DNA from: a bacterium
GTDB lineage: Bacteria > Hinthialibacterota > Hinthialibacteria > Hinthialibacterales > Hinthialibacteraceae
Direction of reading: 5' to 3'
DNA: 64,000 nt
Assembly: GCA_016125385.1 (NCBI GenBank)
Contig: WGLV01000013.1
Location: forward strand, 26,006 to 90,005
Shown here: positions 34,664-44,608 of the stretch, one piece after another
How positions within the stretch are numbered: the stretch's first letter is position 1
Layout: the number at the start of each line of letters is the position of its first letter
Notes under the pieces: generated by a model
Databases searched by the model: none
What the model was told of the DNA's origin: nothing
Seen by the model: the letters and a program-made list of their open reading frames with translations, nothing else
Made by a program: the position numbers and the translations under genes

Positions 34664-36481
34664 ATGCTGAAACGTATTTCCGCCATTTTTGTGATGTCAA
34701 TTCTCATCGCCAGCGGAGCCTGGTCACAAGTTTTGATGAACGAAACGTTTGATGATGTCGACATCTTCGCCGGCATTCCCCTCAACGACGAGCAGACCGG
34801 ACAGCCCATCACCGATCCCGCTACGTTTGAATATTTCGCTCCCAGCGGCTGGACGGCGACTTCCGAAATGAGGCCGGAAGAAGACGGATTCACCGAAGAT
34901 TTTCCATTCCCCTGCCTGACCGTAATGGAACTTTTCCAATGGGTCGACCGGGGCAACAGCCGCGATCTGGCGGTTAACGAACGTGACGTCGATTTCTTTG
35001 ACGGCAACATCGTCATGTCCGACTCGGACTCCTTCGGTGATCGCGGATACCGAACCTGGTTCCGTTCGCCGGTTATGGAAAACGTGACGGCGCCGTACGT
35101 CCGCGTTAAATTCGCCAGCCATTACAAACATAACGACAACCAGATCGCCGCACTCGATTACCGCTGGGACGGTGGAGACTGGCAGCGCGTGTTTGAGTGG
35201 AGCGACGCAAACCGCAGTGATAACCAGGACTACCTCTCCGTTGAAAAGCACATCATTGACCGCCCGGACGGCGCCAAAAACCTCCAGCTTCAGTTCATTT
35301 TCGCCGGCGACGCCGATCAGGACGGGTACACCGATTACGACTGGTTCTGGGCGTTTGATAACGTCGTGGTTGAAGGCCTGCAGAGCGTTTCGTTCCCCGA
35401 TACGCCCGAGTTAACCGCGCCGGCTGAAGTTCGCGGCGTTCAAGACATCAGCATCACCGCTTCGGCCTATCATGACCCCGAAAACACGCCTCACAAAAGC
35501 ACGCAGTGGCAGGTGGCGCTCGACCGTGGTTTCACCCAGATGCTGATTCCCGCGGCGGACGACGACGTCAATCTGACCTCGTTAACGCTTCCCGCTTCCA
35601 TCGCTCCCTGGGGATCAACGATCTATGTCAGAGCCCAATACGTGAACGAAAACGGCAACCGGACCGATTTTTCCGCCATCTCCGAGATTCAGGTGCTTCC
35701 GCCGGAAGGCGTTCGCCTGCTGTCAGATGAATCGTTTAACGATGTGGCGGTTGGCTCGATTCCCGACGGATGGTCGGTGGTCAGTTTTAACGGCGGTGAA
35801 AGCGGCGACCCCGTTTACGACAACGCGGCGTCATGGGAAGTCGTGGATGAAACAACGCTGGGTTCATTCGGCGGCGACCGCGTCAACATCGCCGTTTATG
35901 ATGGCAACAGCATCTACGTCAATTCAGACGGTTTCGATCCCTATCAGGAATCGCACCTGTTCTCGCCATCCTTCGACTTTTCAAACACCACGAACGTCTA
36001 TCTCGCTTACTGGAGCAACTATGTCCAGAATCAGGACAACATTGGCGTGGTTGAATATACCACAGACGGCGGCGGGCTCTCGGACGCTCGCGAGGTAAGC
36101 GGAACGTGGAACCCCGTTGTGTACATGCTTGACGATGACAGCCAGGCGGAAGACATCATCTACACCGACGACACCCACACGACCGTTGACGTAGCCGCGA
36201 CGCTGGCGGCAGCGGCTGATGGGGCCAACCTGAATTACGGCGATTACGTCTTCGCGCCACAGTCTCAGGACCTCGCCCCCTATTTCTCAGGCCGGATCGA
36301 CGACAACAAGACGGAAAGCAAACGATTTGAAAAATTCCGTCTGGATAAGGCCGACGGCCAGGCGAACGTCAAAATCCGCTGGATGAACATGGGTACCAAC
36401 AGTTGGTTCTGGGGCTTGGACAACATCCAGATCTGGGGTGACGACGGCCAGACCTCGGTGCCGGACTGGTCATTGTTCTAA
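34664..36481 (+). CDS. Secreted protein with two tandem copies of a ~250-aa lectin-like module (internal duplication)
   Basis: Signal peptide MLKRISAIFVMSILIASGAWS. Both halves end with WFW(A/G)(F/L)DN(V/I)x(V/I)xG (DYDWFWAFDNVVVEG and TNSWFWGLDNIQIWG) and share upstream blocks (ETFDD.../ESFND...; P/DGW). Long AT-rich upstream leader. Confidence 0.6.
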   Translation: MLKRISAIFVMSILIASGAWSQVLMNETFDDVDIFAGIPLNDEQTGQPITDPATFEYFAPSGWTATSEMRPEEDGFTEDFPFPCLTVMELFQWVDRGNSRDLAVNERDVDFFDGNIVMSDSDSFGDRGYRTWFRSPVMENVTAPYVRVKFASHYKHNDNQIAALDYRWDGGDWQRVFEWSDANRSDNQDYLSVEKHIIDRPDGAKNLQLQFIFAGDADQDGYTDYDWFWAFDNVVVEGLQSVSFPDTPELTAPAEVRGVQDISITASAYHDPENTPHKSTQWQVALDRGFTQMLIPAADDDVNLTSLTLPASIAPWGSTIYVRAQYVNENGNRTDFSAISEIQVLPPEGVRLLSDESFNDVAVGSIPDGWSVVSFNGGESGDPVYDNAASWEVVDETTLGSFGGDRVNIAVYDGNSIYVNSDGFDPYQESHLFSPSFDFSNTTNVYLAYWSNYVQNQDNIGVVEYTTDGGGLSDAREVSGTWNPVVYMLDDDSQAEDIIYTDDTHTTVDVAATLAAAADGANLNYGDYVFAPQSQDLAPYFSGRIDDNKTESKRFEKFRLDKADGQANVKIRWMNMGTNSWFWGLDNIQIWGDDGQTSVPDWSLF

Positions 36482-36519
36482 CCACTTGATACAAGGTTTG
36501 TTAATACCATGAAAGTTTG

Positions 36520-36550
36520 GGCGCTTCCCTTCGGGGGAGCGCCTTTTTTC
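36520..36550 (+). terminator. Rho-independent terminator
   Basis: GGCGCTTCCC-TTCG-GGGGAGCGCC hairpin (one G-U position) followed by TTTTTT. Confidence 0.6.
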
Positions 36551-36872
36551 ATTCCTGAAAAAAATGGTTGCAATCGCTTGTTACTTTATTTATTATTTTC
36601 ATAAAATTAATCGGCATTACTGATTCATCGATTGTTATTTTGTTGTGTAACGGGGATTCAGATCCACAATTCGACAGATTAGCGGCATGACGCATCCATC
36701 AAGCGGATTCTTGTTTTTCTAATCGGCCTCTCACATAAATCTGACAATTCCAGTGCAACCTGACGCCCGGCGTCTCATACACTGAATTTACGGTTCAATT
36801 TGGCATACAGCGCGTTTGAAATCAGCTCCTGTTGATAACCCACCAAGCGCTCAACCATAGAAAAGAGCGAAT

Positions 36873-37496
36873 ATGAAGTCAAAAGCATTTACCTTGATCG
36901 AATTGCTTATCGTCGTCGCCATCATCGGCATCCTCGCGGCGATCGCGGTCCCCAATTTTCTTAACGCTCAGATCCGAGCCAAGATCGCCCGCAGTCAATC
37001 CGACATCCGCACCATCGTCGACTCCGTCCAGATGATGCACATGGATAACAACAAATGGCTCATCGACGGAAACGATTGTGATGGGACCGACGACTGCTGT
37101 TTTGACGGCCCGTTTATTGGCAAAGACCCACTGCAAACCACGGTTTCAGCCCTGAAAGGCAGCAATCACCACAATGGCCAGATTTACAAGCCATTGACCA
37201 CTCCGATTAACTACCTCGGTTCGATTCCCGTCGACCCGTTCGCCGCCGGCTTGTTTTATTCTTATGAAGACTGGGGATGCTCCAACAAAAACGGGTCATT
37301 CAGCGTCCTCGCCGCCGCCGGTCCCGATGGAGACAATGGCGACTGGCACCCCGATTATATGACCGTCGCCTATGATGGAAGCAACGGTCTCGCCAGCAAC
37401 GGCGATATCTGGTATTCATGGGAATTCCGCAAAGGCGATGGAACGCCGATCTTCAAAAAGTGGTTCAAACACGAAGGCTGGAGCACCCAGCAGTAA
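36873..37496 (+). CDS. Prepilin-type N-terminal cleavage/methylation domain protein (type IV pilin / T2SS pseudopilin-like), PVC-style
   Basis: N-terminus MKSKAFTLIELLIVVAIIGILAAIAVPNF is the canonical prepilin leader + Phe+1/Glu+5 helix. The C-terminal globular part has a Cys cluster, CDGTDDCCFDG. Confidence 0.75.
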   Translation: MKSKAFTLIELLIVVAIIGILAAIAVPNFLNAQIRAKIARSQSDIRTIVDSVQMMHMDNNKWLIDGNDCDGTDDCCFDGPFIGKDPLQTTVSALKGSNHHNGQIYKPLTTPINYLGSIPVDPFAAGLFYSYEDWGCSNKNGSFSVLAAAGPDGDNGDWHPDYMTVAYDGSNGLASNGDIWYSWEFRKGDGTPIFKKWFKHEGWSTQQ

Positions 37497-37744
37497 ACCG
37501 GCGCCCCCAGCAGATATCTGACACCCGGATAGAGTCTTTACCGTTCTATCCGGGTTTTTATATTCCACACGATTCCGGCGATCTCATCCTCTCCTGATTG
37601 AGACCGTTCGCCGGCGCTCTCCCCCCCTTCGCCCCGCCCGTTACTCCCGCCGCGCCCCGGCATTACAATTCATGTCACGAAACCAGGGTTGTGTTACCCT
37701 TCCCCGATAAAAACGGATTCCGGTTCCAGGATAAATAGTCGACC

Positions 37745-40700
37745 ATGAAAAAAATCGTTTTACTGATCGCTCTGATCGTTCACTTCGCCGCGCCCGTTCA
37801 TCCCCAGGACGGTTCCGCGCCTTACTCCAGAACCTTGGGAGGGCTGGCGGCCGGCGCGGTTCATATTCTGCCTGACGGCCGTTTCGGCGACATCACCACT
37901 AACAACAATTTCAATCATCCCATCTCGATGGATGAAAACGCATTCGCCGCGGTCTTCGCCAAAAACGCCAACCGGAAGGCGTATAAGCGTCTCTTCTCCG
38001 GCGGAGAAAACGGCGTTTCAGCAATTACGCTGAGCGGCTCCTACCCAGAAACCATCGTTACCTATGAAGACGAATCGCTGCCCGTTCAGGTAAAGTTAGA
38101 AGCGTTTACACCTTTTCAGCCCGGCGACGTCAAGGCGTCTTCAAACCCGGTCATTGTGTTCCGTTACCGCCTGACCAATCCATCCGCCGGCCCCGTCGAC
38201 GCGGCGGTCGCGATGAGTTGGAGCAACCTGATTGGCATCGGCGGCTCGGGAGCACGCGGTTTCACGCTGGATGGCGAATGTTCGCAGACGACCCTGAGAC
38301 GCGGAGGCGTCAATGGCGTGCAATTCGGCTATAAACCCGCGAACGCCTCGACCGTAGAGCAAAACGCGCTGGGCGAGTACGTCCTCGCCGCGCTGGACGA
38401 CTCCCCTCGCGTCACCCTGAACACGGCGTGGAACGCCAGCGGCGTGGATGGATTCTGGAACTCGTTCGCCGCCTCGGGCCGCCTGACGGAATCAAAAGAC
38501 TCTTCATCAAGCGGATCGAATCCGCGTCCCGCCGCCGCCGTCGCTATCAGCAAAACCATCCCCCCGGGTGAAACGTCCGACTACGTCTTCGTCTTCGCGT
38601 GGCGCATGCCCCATCGATTCACGACCGAAGGCGAAGACCGGGGCGCATACCCCGCCAGCGTATGGAGTTCGGCGTTAAAACTGGCCGAGACCGCGAAAGA
38701 CCGCTGGCCTCGCTGGCAGGAAGAGATTCACGCATGGAAAGAGGCGTTTATTCAAACATCGCTCCCCGAATGGTTTTCACATCGGCTGATGGATGGAATT
38801 GGCTTATTGTCCGATTCGAGTGTGATCTTTGAAAACGGCGATTTCGCATTTTTGACGCATGATCCGCGCTTTCCCGGCGCAATCGGCTCACCTGAAGAGT
38901 TGCTCGCGGCTTTCCCGATGTTGATGAGCACGTTCCCTCAACTGCTTGAATCGCAATTACGCCTGTTCGCGGCGTGTCAGCTCAGCGATGGCGAGGTTCC
39001 CAGTGCGGCGGGCCGGATTGATGGCCGCCTCGGGACGGGCGACGTCGCGGGCGGTTTCATGGGGCGGCCCGATTCGGCTTCGGCCTTCGTCCTGATGCTG
39101 TACCGGTATTACGCGCTGACCGGCGATGATGACTTTCTCAACGAGATGGCGCCCCACCTGCGCGCCGCGCTGGTATGGCTCGCCAAACGGGCGGAAGGCG
39201 GCGACGCGCTGCCTCATGGCCCGGCGCTCGACGCAGGCTTCGGTGAATCGGAAACATTGATGGTCACCGCCGATCTGTTCACCGCGGCGATGCGCACCGG
39301 CGAGGAACTCGGTTATTACAGCGGCGATCTGGAATTTCAATCGATCAGCCGGGCCAACACCCAGAACGCGGCCCGATCCGCTATCAGCCAGTTATGGAAC
39401 GGCTCCGGATTTCTGCAATCATTCAATCCCCAGAATCCAATCCGGCAGGACGGCGATCAACAGCCGCTGGGCGCCATGCCGGGAACCTGTTTTCTTCAGG
39501 CGATGGGCTTCCCTCCCGAACTCGGCGCGGATCGAATTCAACAACGCTGGCTCACCCGAATCGAGCGGCTCACATCCGGCGATGAGACCGGCTCGCTTCA
39601 ATGGGCCGAATCGCTCGACCCCGCGTCGATGACGTACACCGGCTTCCCCAGCGCCGCGATGGATTGGGTGCGTACATCCGCGCCCGCTCATGACGCTCCC
39701 TTCGGATCGCTTCACAACGCGGGGTTGTGGTGGATGAGGCAGGCGCTGACCGGAGCCTCAATCGATTTTCACCGCCAGTGTCTGACAGTAGGTCCGAACC
39801 CTCCTGAACCGGATAAGATATTTGAAGCGCCGGTCGAGACGGCGCGCTTTTCAGCCCGCATGAGTTGGCGGCGTTCGCCGCTTACCGGACAGGAATATTG
39901 TTCACTGACCTTCGACCGCGCCGATTCGAATCTGAAGATCAAACAGGCCGCGTATCGCACACCCTCGGCTGAAGAAGCCGAGCTGCGCATTCTGCGCGTG
40001 CTGATTAATGGAGAACCGGCGGCGGGTCAGGATTTCACGCGCGGATCATTGCGGGCGTTTGAGTTAAAAACAGCGCGCACCATCAAGCGCGGCGATGTGA
40101 TCGAATTCATCTTCGCTTCAACGGGAGGCGGCCGCATCCGGATCGATGCGACGGCGGAAACCGCCGTCAATCTCGGAGCGCGCTGTTCCATCGAAAAGAG
40201 CGGCGGCTCAAGCGGCGCCCTGACGTTTACGATTCAGAACCTGTTGCATACGCAGCAGATCGTTCTGCTGGAAATGCAGAACCTCGGTTCAAACGGCGCG
40301 CTGATCGCGCTCAACGGCGAGTCGCTGGCCGCGCCCTCGCAGGCGGGCGATGGCGTGCCCGTTTTGCTCGGAACCAGTTCGCTGTCTCCGGAAGACAGCG
40401 AATGGCTGCGGCGTACGCAGGCGGCCTGTATTGAAGCGACCAAACTCTTCGCGCGCGAACCCGCCGCCAGAGATTTGCTGGGCCGGTTGTGGGATCTGCA
40501 GGAACGAATCGACTCCGTGATCAGAGCCGACGCCGAACAGCGCGGCTTCCGCCTTGAGATCGGCGCGGCGGAAACACTGAGCGCGAGAGAAAACGACCGG
40601 AAACGCACCCGGTCGAACTCGCTGGTCAACGACTACAACCGCGCGCGCGACGCCGCCGCCGAGTTCCGCAAAAACCTGCCGCGTTACAACGCCGATCCCG

Positions 40701-41545
40701 TTCTGGCGGCCCGCGTCAATGGCTTTTTCGCTCCGGTCGATCTCAAGGCGTCGCTTGGTCCCACTCAACCGGGCGCGGCGCCGTTTACGGTCTCAACCGA
40801 AGCCTCATTCCCCCCCGGCGCCGCGCTCGACATGCGTTTGACGCTGCAATTGCCCGACGGCTGGAGAGCGGAAGCCTCCGGTCCGCTTCAGCCCGGCCCC
40901 GAACAACTCAAACAGGGCCGCTTCAGTACCGGGTTCACCGTCACGCCGCAAGGCGATCTGTGGAGCCGCCGCACCACGCTCCCGCTGACGCTGGCCGGTC
41001 TGTGGGAAAACGAACCGTTCCGCCGCCAGATCGATCTGGCCGTGGGACATCAGTTTATCAACCAGTGGATGATCGCGGGGCCGGTCTCGAACGAACGCGG
41101 CGAAGCGTTTTCGGCGCTGACGCCGCCCGAGACCAACATCAAACTCGACGAAACCTTCAAAGGCCTGAACGGCGCAGTGGGCTGGTCAAGTATGACGTTC
41201 CCCAGCGGCTACGTCGATTTCAATTCGATCTATCCGCTTGATAAACCTTCGGCGGCGTTCGCATACGTCGGCGTTTATTCGCCGCGCGAACAACCCGTCC
41301 GGCTCGAATTCGGCGCGGCGGGCGACATGAAAATCTTTATGAATTACAAAGAGATTTACGCGAAACGCCATCTCAACCAGCCGCTGCCTTCCAGTGAAAT
41401 CATGGTGACCAAGCTCTTCGAGGGCTGGAACCACTTTCTGGTTAAACTCAGCGCGCAGGAGCCGCCCTGGGGATTCTATTTCGAAATCGTCGACATTGAG
41501 GGCAAGACGATTCCCGGTCTGGTGTACGCGCTCGACAAAATCTGA
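37745..41545 (+). CDS. Large secreted glycoside hydrolase, GH116-like (GBA2 / bile-acid beta-glucosidase type N-terminal beta-sandwich + (alpha/alpha)6 catalytic region) with an extra C-terminal beta-sandwich module
   Basis: Signal peptide MKKIVLLIALIVHFAAPVHPQ. N-terminal RTLGGLAAGAVHILPDGRF resembles the GH116 N-domain LGGIGxG...GRF motif. The central region carries six-hairpin-like helical repeats. C-terminal residues ~1105-1266 repeat the W-x3-GP...module shared with the two giant paralogs. Family assignment from motif memory only. Confidence 0.55.
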   Translation: MKKIVLLIALIVHFAAPVHPQDGSAPYSRTLGGLAAGAVHILPDGRFGDITTNNNFNHPISMDENAFAAVFAKNANRKAYKRLFSGGENGVSAITLSGSYPETIVTYEDESLPVQVKLEAFTPFQPGDVKASSNPVIVFRYRLTNPSAGPVDAAVAMSWSNLIGIGGSGARGFTLDGECSQTTLRRGGVNGVQFGYKPANASTVEQNALGEYVLAALDDSPRVTLNTAWNASGVDGFWNSFAASGRLTESKDSSSSGSNPRPAAAVAISKTIPPGETSDYVFVFAWRMPHRFTTEGEDRGAYPASVWSSALKLAETAKDRWPRWQEEIHAWKEAFIQTSLPEWFSHRLMDGIGLLSDSSVIFENGDFAFLTHDPRFPGAIGSPEELLAAFPMLMSTFPQLLESQLRLFAACQLSDGEVPSAAGRIDGRLGTGDVAGGFMGRPDSASAFVLMLYRYYALTGDDDFLNEMAPHLRAALVWLAKRAEGGDALPHGPALDAGFGESETLMVTADLFTAAMRTGEELGYYSGDLEFQSISRANTQNAARSAISQLWNGSGFLQSFNPQNPIRQDGDQQPLGAMPGTCFLQAMGFPPELGADRIQQRWLTRIERLTSGDETGSLQWAESLDPASMTYTGFPSAAMDWVRTSAPAHDAPFGSLHNAGLWWMRQALTGASIDFHRQCLTVGPNPPEPDKIFEAPVETARFSARMSWRRSPLTGQEYCSLTFDRADSNLKIKQAAYRTPSAEEAELRILRVLINGEPAAGQDFTRGSLRAFELKTARTIKRGDVIEFIFASTGGGRIRIDATAETAVNLGARCSIEKSGGSSGALTFTIQNLLHTQQIVLLEMQNLGSNGALIALNGESLAAPSQAGDGVPVLLGTSSLSPEDSEWLRRTQAACIEATKLFAREPAARDLLGRLWDLQERIDSVIRADAEQRGFRLEIGAAETLSARENDRKRTRSNSLVNDYNRARDAAAEFRKNLPRYNADPVLAARVNGFFAPVDLKASLGPTQPGAAPFTVSTEASFPPGAALDMRLTLQLPDGWRAEASGPLQPGPEQLKQGRFSTGFTVTPQGDLWSRRTTLPLTLAGLWENEPFRRQIDLAVGHQFINQWMIAGPVSNERGEAFSALTPPETNIKLDETFKGLNGAVGWSSMTFPSGYVDFNSIYPLDKPSAAFAYVGVYSPREQPVRLEFGAAGDMKIFMNYKEIYAKRHLNQPLPSSEIMVTKLFEGWNHFLVKLSAQEPPWGFYFEIVDIEGKTIPGLVYALDKI

Positions 41546-41676
41546 TCGCGCCAGCGTAGAGACGCCGCTTTCATGATGCGTCGCGAGTATAGACCTTCGC
41601 CCGCGCTTTTAGTTAAATGGACGGGCTTGGATTCCAAGTGGAATATTCAACTCATTTTTGATGTGGAGGACGAACG

Positions 41677-42381
41677 ATGACCCGATATTTCTTGACGCCG
41701 CTCGCACTGACCGCGGTGCTGACGATGGCCTGCATCAGCGCCCAGGCGCAGCGCAGTTTTCCCACCAACAAGCCCGAAGGCGACCTGAACGTGCTGACCG
41801 CCGACGAAAAAGCCGACGGCTGGCAGTTGCTTTTCAACGGCAAGAATCTCGACGGCTGGGCGCCTGACCAAGGCGACTGGAGCGTCGAAGACGGTATGAT
41901 CATCGGCCAGCACGGAACCGGCCACCTCTTCAGCGACCGCGTTTTCAAAGACGTCGTCGCCGAGTGGGACGTCTGCGCTTATGACGTCGCCATCCCCAAA
42001 AAACGCTTCGGCAACTCGGGCGTCTTCGTGCGCACCGTCAAAACCGGCGGAAGCTTCCCCAAGGGCTACGAGATTCAATTCGACCCCTACGACGTCAACA
42101 ACCCCACCGGCGGAATCTACGGACGCAATCCGGGAACCTTGCTGGTCGAAAACGGCAAATGGAAGAAAGACGCCTTTTTCGAGGTGCATGAGGGCAAATG
42201 GATTCATCAGAAGGTTGAAGTGCGCGGCAATCACTTCAAACTCTGGGTCAACGGCGAACTCTGCATGGACTGGACGGACGACGATAACGCCTTTCCCGAC
42301 GCGGATCCGCTGGCGTTGCAGTGCCACCACCCCACCGACGTCGTGCTTTTCGCCAACATCAAGGTGAAGCCGCTCGACTGA
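41677..42381 (+). CDS. DUF1080 (3-keto-disaccharide hydrolase / LamG-like) secreted protein
   Basis: Signal peptide, then the hallmark GWQLLFNGKNLDGW and C-terminal HFKLWVNGELC...IKVKPL jelly-roll pattern of PF06439. Confidence 0.8.
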   Translation: MTRYFLTPLALTAVLTMACISAQAQRSFPTNKPEGDLNVLTADEKADGWQLLFNGKNLDGWAPDQGDWSVEDGMIIGQHGTGHLFSDRVFKDVVAEWDVCAYDVAIPKKRFGNSGVFVRTVKTGGSFPKGYEIQFDPYDVNNPTGGIYGRNPGTLLVENGKWKKDAFFEVHEGKWIHQKVEVRGNHFKLWVNGELCMDWTDDDNAFPDADPLALQCHHPTDVVLFANIKVKPLD

Positions 42382-42511
42382 TGCGCGGTTGCGTTTCACA
42401 CGATCGCAAAGGGCGGCTGATAAGCCGCCCTTTTTCGTGAGGTTCTCGATCAAACAAAACGGGCGGCAGATGAGCCGCCCGTCGGTTTGCATGAATGAGC
42501 AGGAGAAGCGA

Positions 42512-44134
42512 TCAGATTTTCGGCGCCGCCTTGAGAATCTCGTCGCTCGCCTTGTCCTGAAATTTCGCGAAATTTTTCACGAACATGCTTGCCAGTTCCT
42601 TCGCTTTCTGATCGTAGGCGTCTTTGTCGGCCCAGGTGTTTTTGGGGTTCATCACGTCGCCGGGCACGCCGGGGCAAGACTGTGGAACCTCGAACCCGAA
42701 AATGGGGTCGGTCTTGAACTCGACGTTCGCCAGACGGCCTTCAATCGCCGAGTTGACGATCGCGCGGGTGTGATCGATGCGCATACGCTTGCCCACGCCG
42801 TAGGCGCCGCCGGTCCAGCCGGTGTTGATCAGCCACACGGTGGCGTCGTGTTCCTTCATCTTTTTCGCCAGCAGTTCGGCGTACACGGTGGGGTGAAGCG
42901 GAAGGAAGGGCGCTCCAAAACAGGCGCTGAAGGTGGCCTGCGGTTCGGTGACGCCGCGTTCCGTACCGGCCACCTTCGCGGTGTAACCGGAGATGAAGTG
43001 ATACATCGCCTGCGAGGGATTGAGGCGCGCGGCCGGCGGCAACACGCCGAAAGCGTCGCAGGTGAGAAACAGAATGTTTTTCGGATGCCCGGTGACGCTG
43101 GACAGTTTGGCGTTATGGATATTGGTCAGCGGGTACGCCGCGCGGGTGTTCTCGGTGCGTGACGCGTCGGTATAGTCGACCGCGCGGGAATGCGGATCGT
43201 AGCCGACGTTTTCGAGAATCGCGCCGAAGCGGATCGCGTTCCAGATGTCGGGCTCCATCTCCTGGCTCAGGTTGATGGTTTTGGCGTAGCAACCGCCTTC
43301 AAAGTTGAAGATGCCCCGATCGGTCCAGCCGTGTTCATCGTCGCCGATCAGCGCGCGTTTCGGGTCGGCGGAGAGGGTGGTTTTGCCCGTGCCCGACAGG
43401 CCGAAAAAGATGGCCACGTCGTCGTCATCGCCCACGTTGCACGAGCAGTGCATGGAGAGAACGCCGCGCTTGGGCAGTATGTAATTCAGAATCGAGAAGA
43501 TGCCTTTTTTCATCTCGCCGGCGTAGCCGGTTCCACCCACGATAATCATCTTGCGGGCGATGTTGACGATGATGAAGGTCGAGCTGCGCAGACCGTATTT
43601 TTCGGCGTCGGCTTTATAGCCGGGGCAGTCGATAATCGTCCAGTTGAGCGGCATCGGGTTCTTGAGATCGTCTTCGGTGGGCTCAATGAACAGTTTCTGG
43701 CAGAACAGGTTGTGCCAGCCGAGTTCGTTAATCATGCGGACGGTGATGCGCTCGGCGGGATCGGCGCCGGCGAACCCTTCAAATACGAAGATTTCCTTGT
43801 CGGCGAGATAGGTGCAGAGTTCTTTGTGAAGCGCGTCGAATACCTCCGCTTTGATCGGGGTATTGACCGGGCCCCACCACACGTCGTTTTTGGTGGTTTC
43901 GTCTTCGACGACATATTTATCCTGGGGTGAACGACCGGTGTATTTTCCGGTATTGACGATAAACGCCCCGGTGTTGGCGAATTCGCCGCGGCCGCTTTTT
44001 ACTTCTTCTTCAATCAGGCGGGGAGCGGAATAGTTCCAGTGAACCGTTTTGCAGGCGGAGACGCCGTTGTCTGACAGGGGGTTCGCGATGCGTTGAATCC
44101 CGTACTTCGCCATACTAACCTCCGTTTGAAGCAA
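42512..44134 (-). CDS. pckA: Phosphoenolpyruvate carboxykinase (ATP)
   Basis: 540 aa. ...TGKYTGRSPQDKYVV..., kinase-1a GLSGTGKTTLS, and ...DDEHGW... blocks. An alternative start is MAKYGIQ at 44113. Confidence 0.9.
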   Translation of the reverse strand: MLQTEVSMAKYGIQRIANPLSDNGVSACKTVHWNYSAPRLIEEEVKSGRGEFANTGAFIVNTGKYTGRSPQDKYVVEDETTKNDVWWGPVNTPIKAEVFDALHKELCTYLADKEIFVFEGFAGADPAERITVRMINELGWHNLFCQKLFIEPTEDDLKNPMPLNWTIIDCPGYKADAEKYGLRSSTFIIVNIARKMIIVGGTGYAGEMKKGIFSILNYILPKRGVLSMHCSCNVGDDDDVAIFFGLSGTGKTTLSADPKRALIGDDEHGWTDRGIFNFEGGCYAKTINLSQEMEPDIWNAIRFGAILENVGYDPHSRAVDYTDASRTENTRAAYPLTNIHNAKLSSVTGHPKNILFLTCDAFGVLPPAARLNPSQAMYHFISGYTAKVAGTERGVTEPQATFSACFGAPFLPLHPTVYAELLAKKMKEHDATVWLINTGWTGGAYGVGKRMRIDHTRAIVNSAIEGRLANVEFKTDPIFGFEVPQSCPGVPGDVMNPKNTWADKDAYDQKAKELASMFVKNFAKFQDKASDEILKAAPKI

Positions 44135-44608
44135 GATGTTGAACCCATGCTGGGTGTGAAAATCAAAGTCGCTCGTGGCGATACGGATAAAACCGGTGTT
44201 GCTCTTTCTTCAGTTTACCATCCGTCAGAATCATGTGAATTTTACCATCTTGATCTGAAAAATTGAATCGCCATAGATGGATAAATATATAACCCTATTT
44301 TCGCTGTCATCCATATCATATTCCCTGATTCAAAAGCGGGAAGTGCTAAACAGTACTATTTTTTATCTATTTCCCCACTCTCTCCCCTACGGCTCAAATT
44401 ACCGATAAACGTTTAAATAAACTGTGCAGTCACATTGTACAGCCACGGCCTCACGTGAATCCGCCAGTGCGCGCCGTCGCGTTCAGCGCAAAAACTCACT
44501 TCCCTTAAACCCCGCGATGATAGATAATTTTATAGTCAATGCAAGATATTTTTCAAACATAACAGGCAGATGATCGATATTTTTCCAGGATGCGATGTAC
44601 GAGGAATG

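Noticed and set aside
41647-42492. 281-aa minus-strand ORF
   Set aside because: Antisense to the DUF1080 gene, which has the hallmark GWxLLFNGKxLxGW motif on the plus strand.
42389-43930. Plus-strand ORFs of 257 and 246 aa
   Set aside because: Antisense to pckA.
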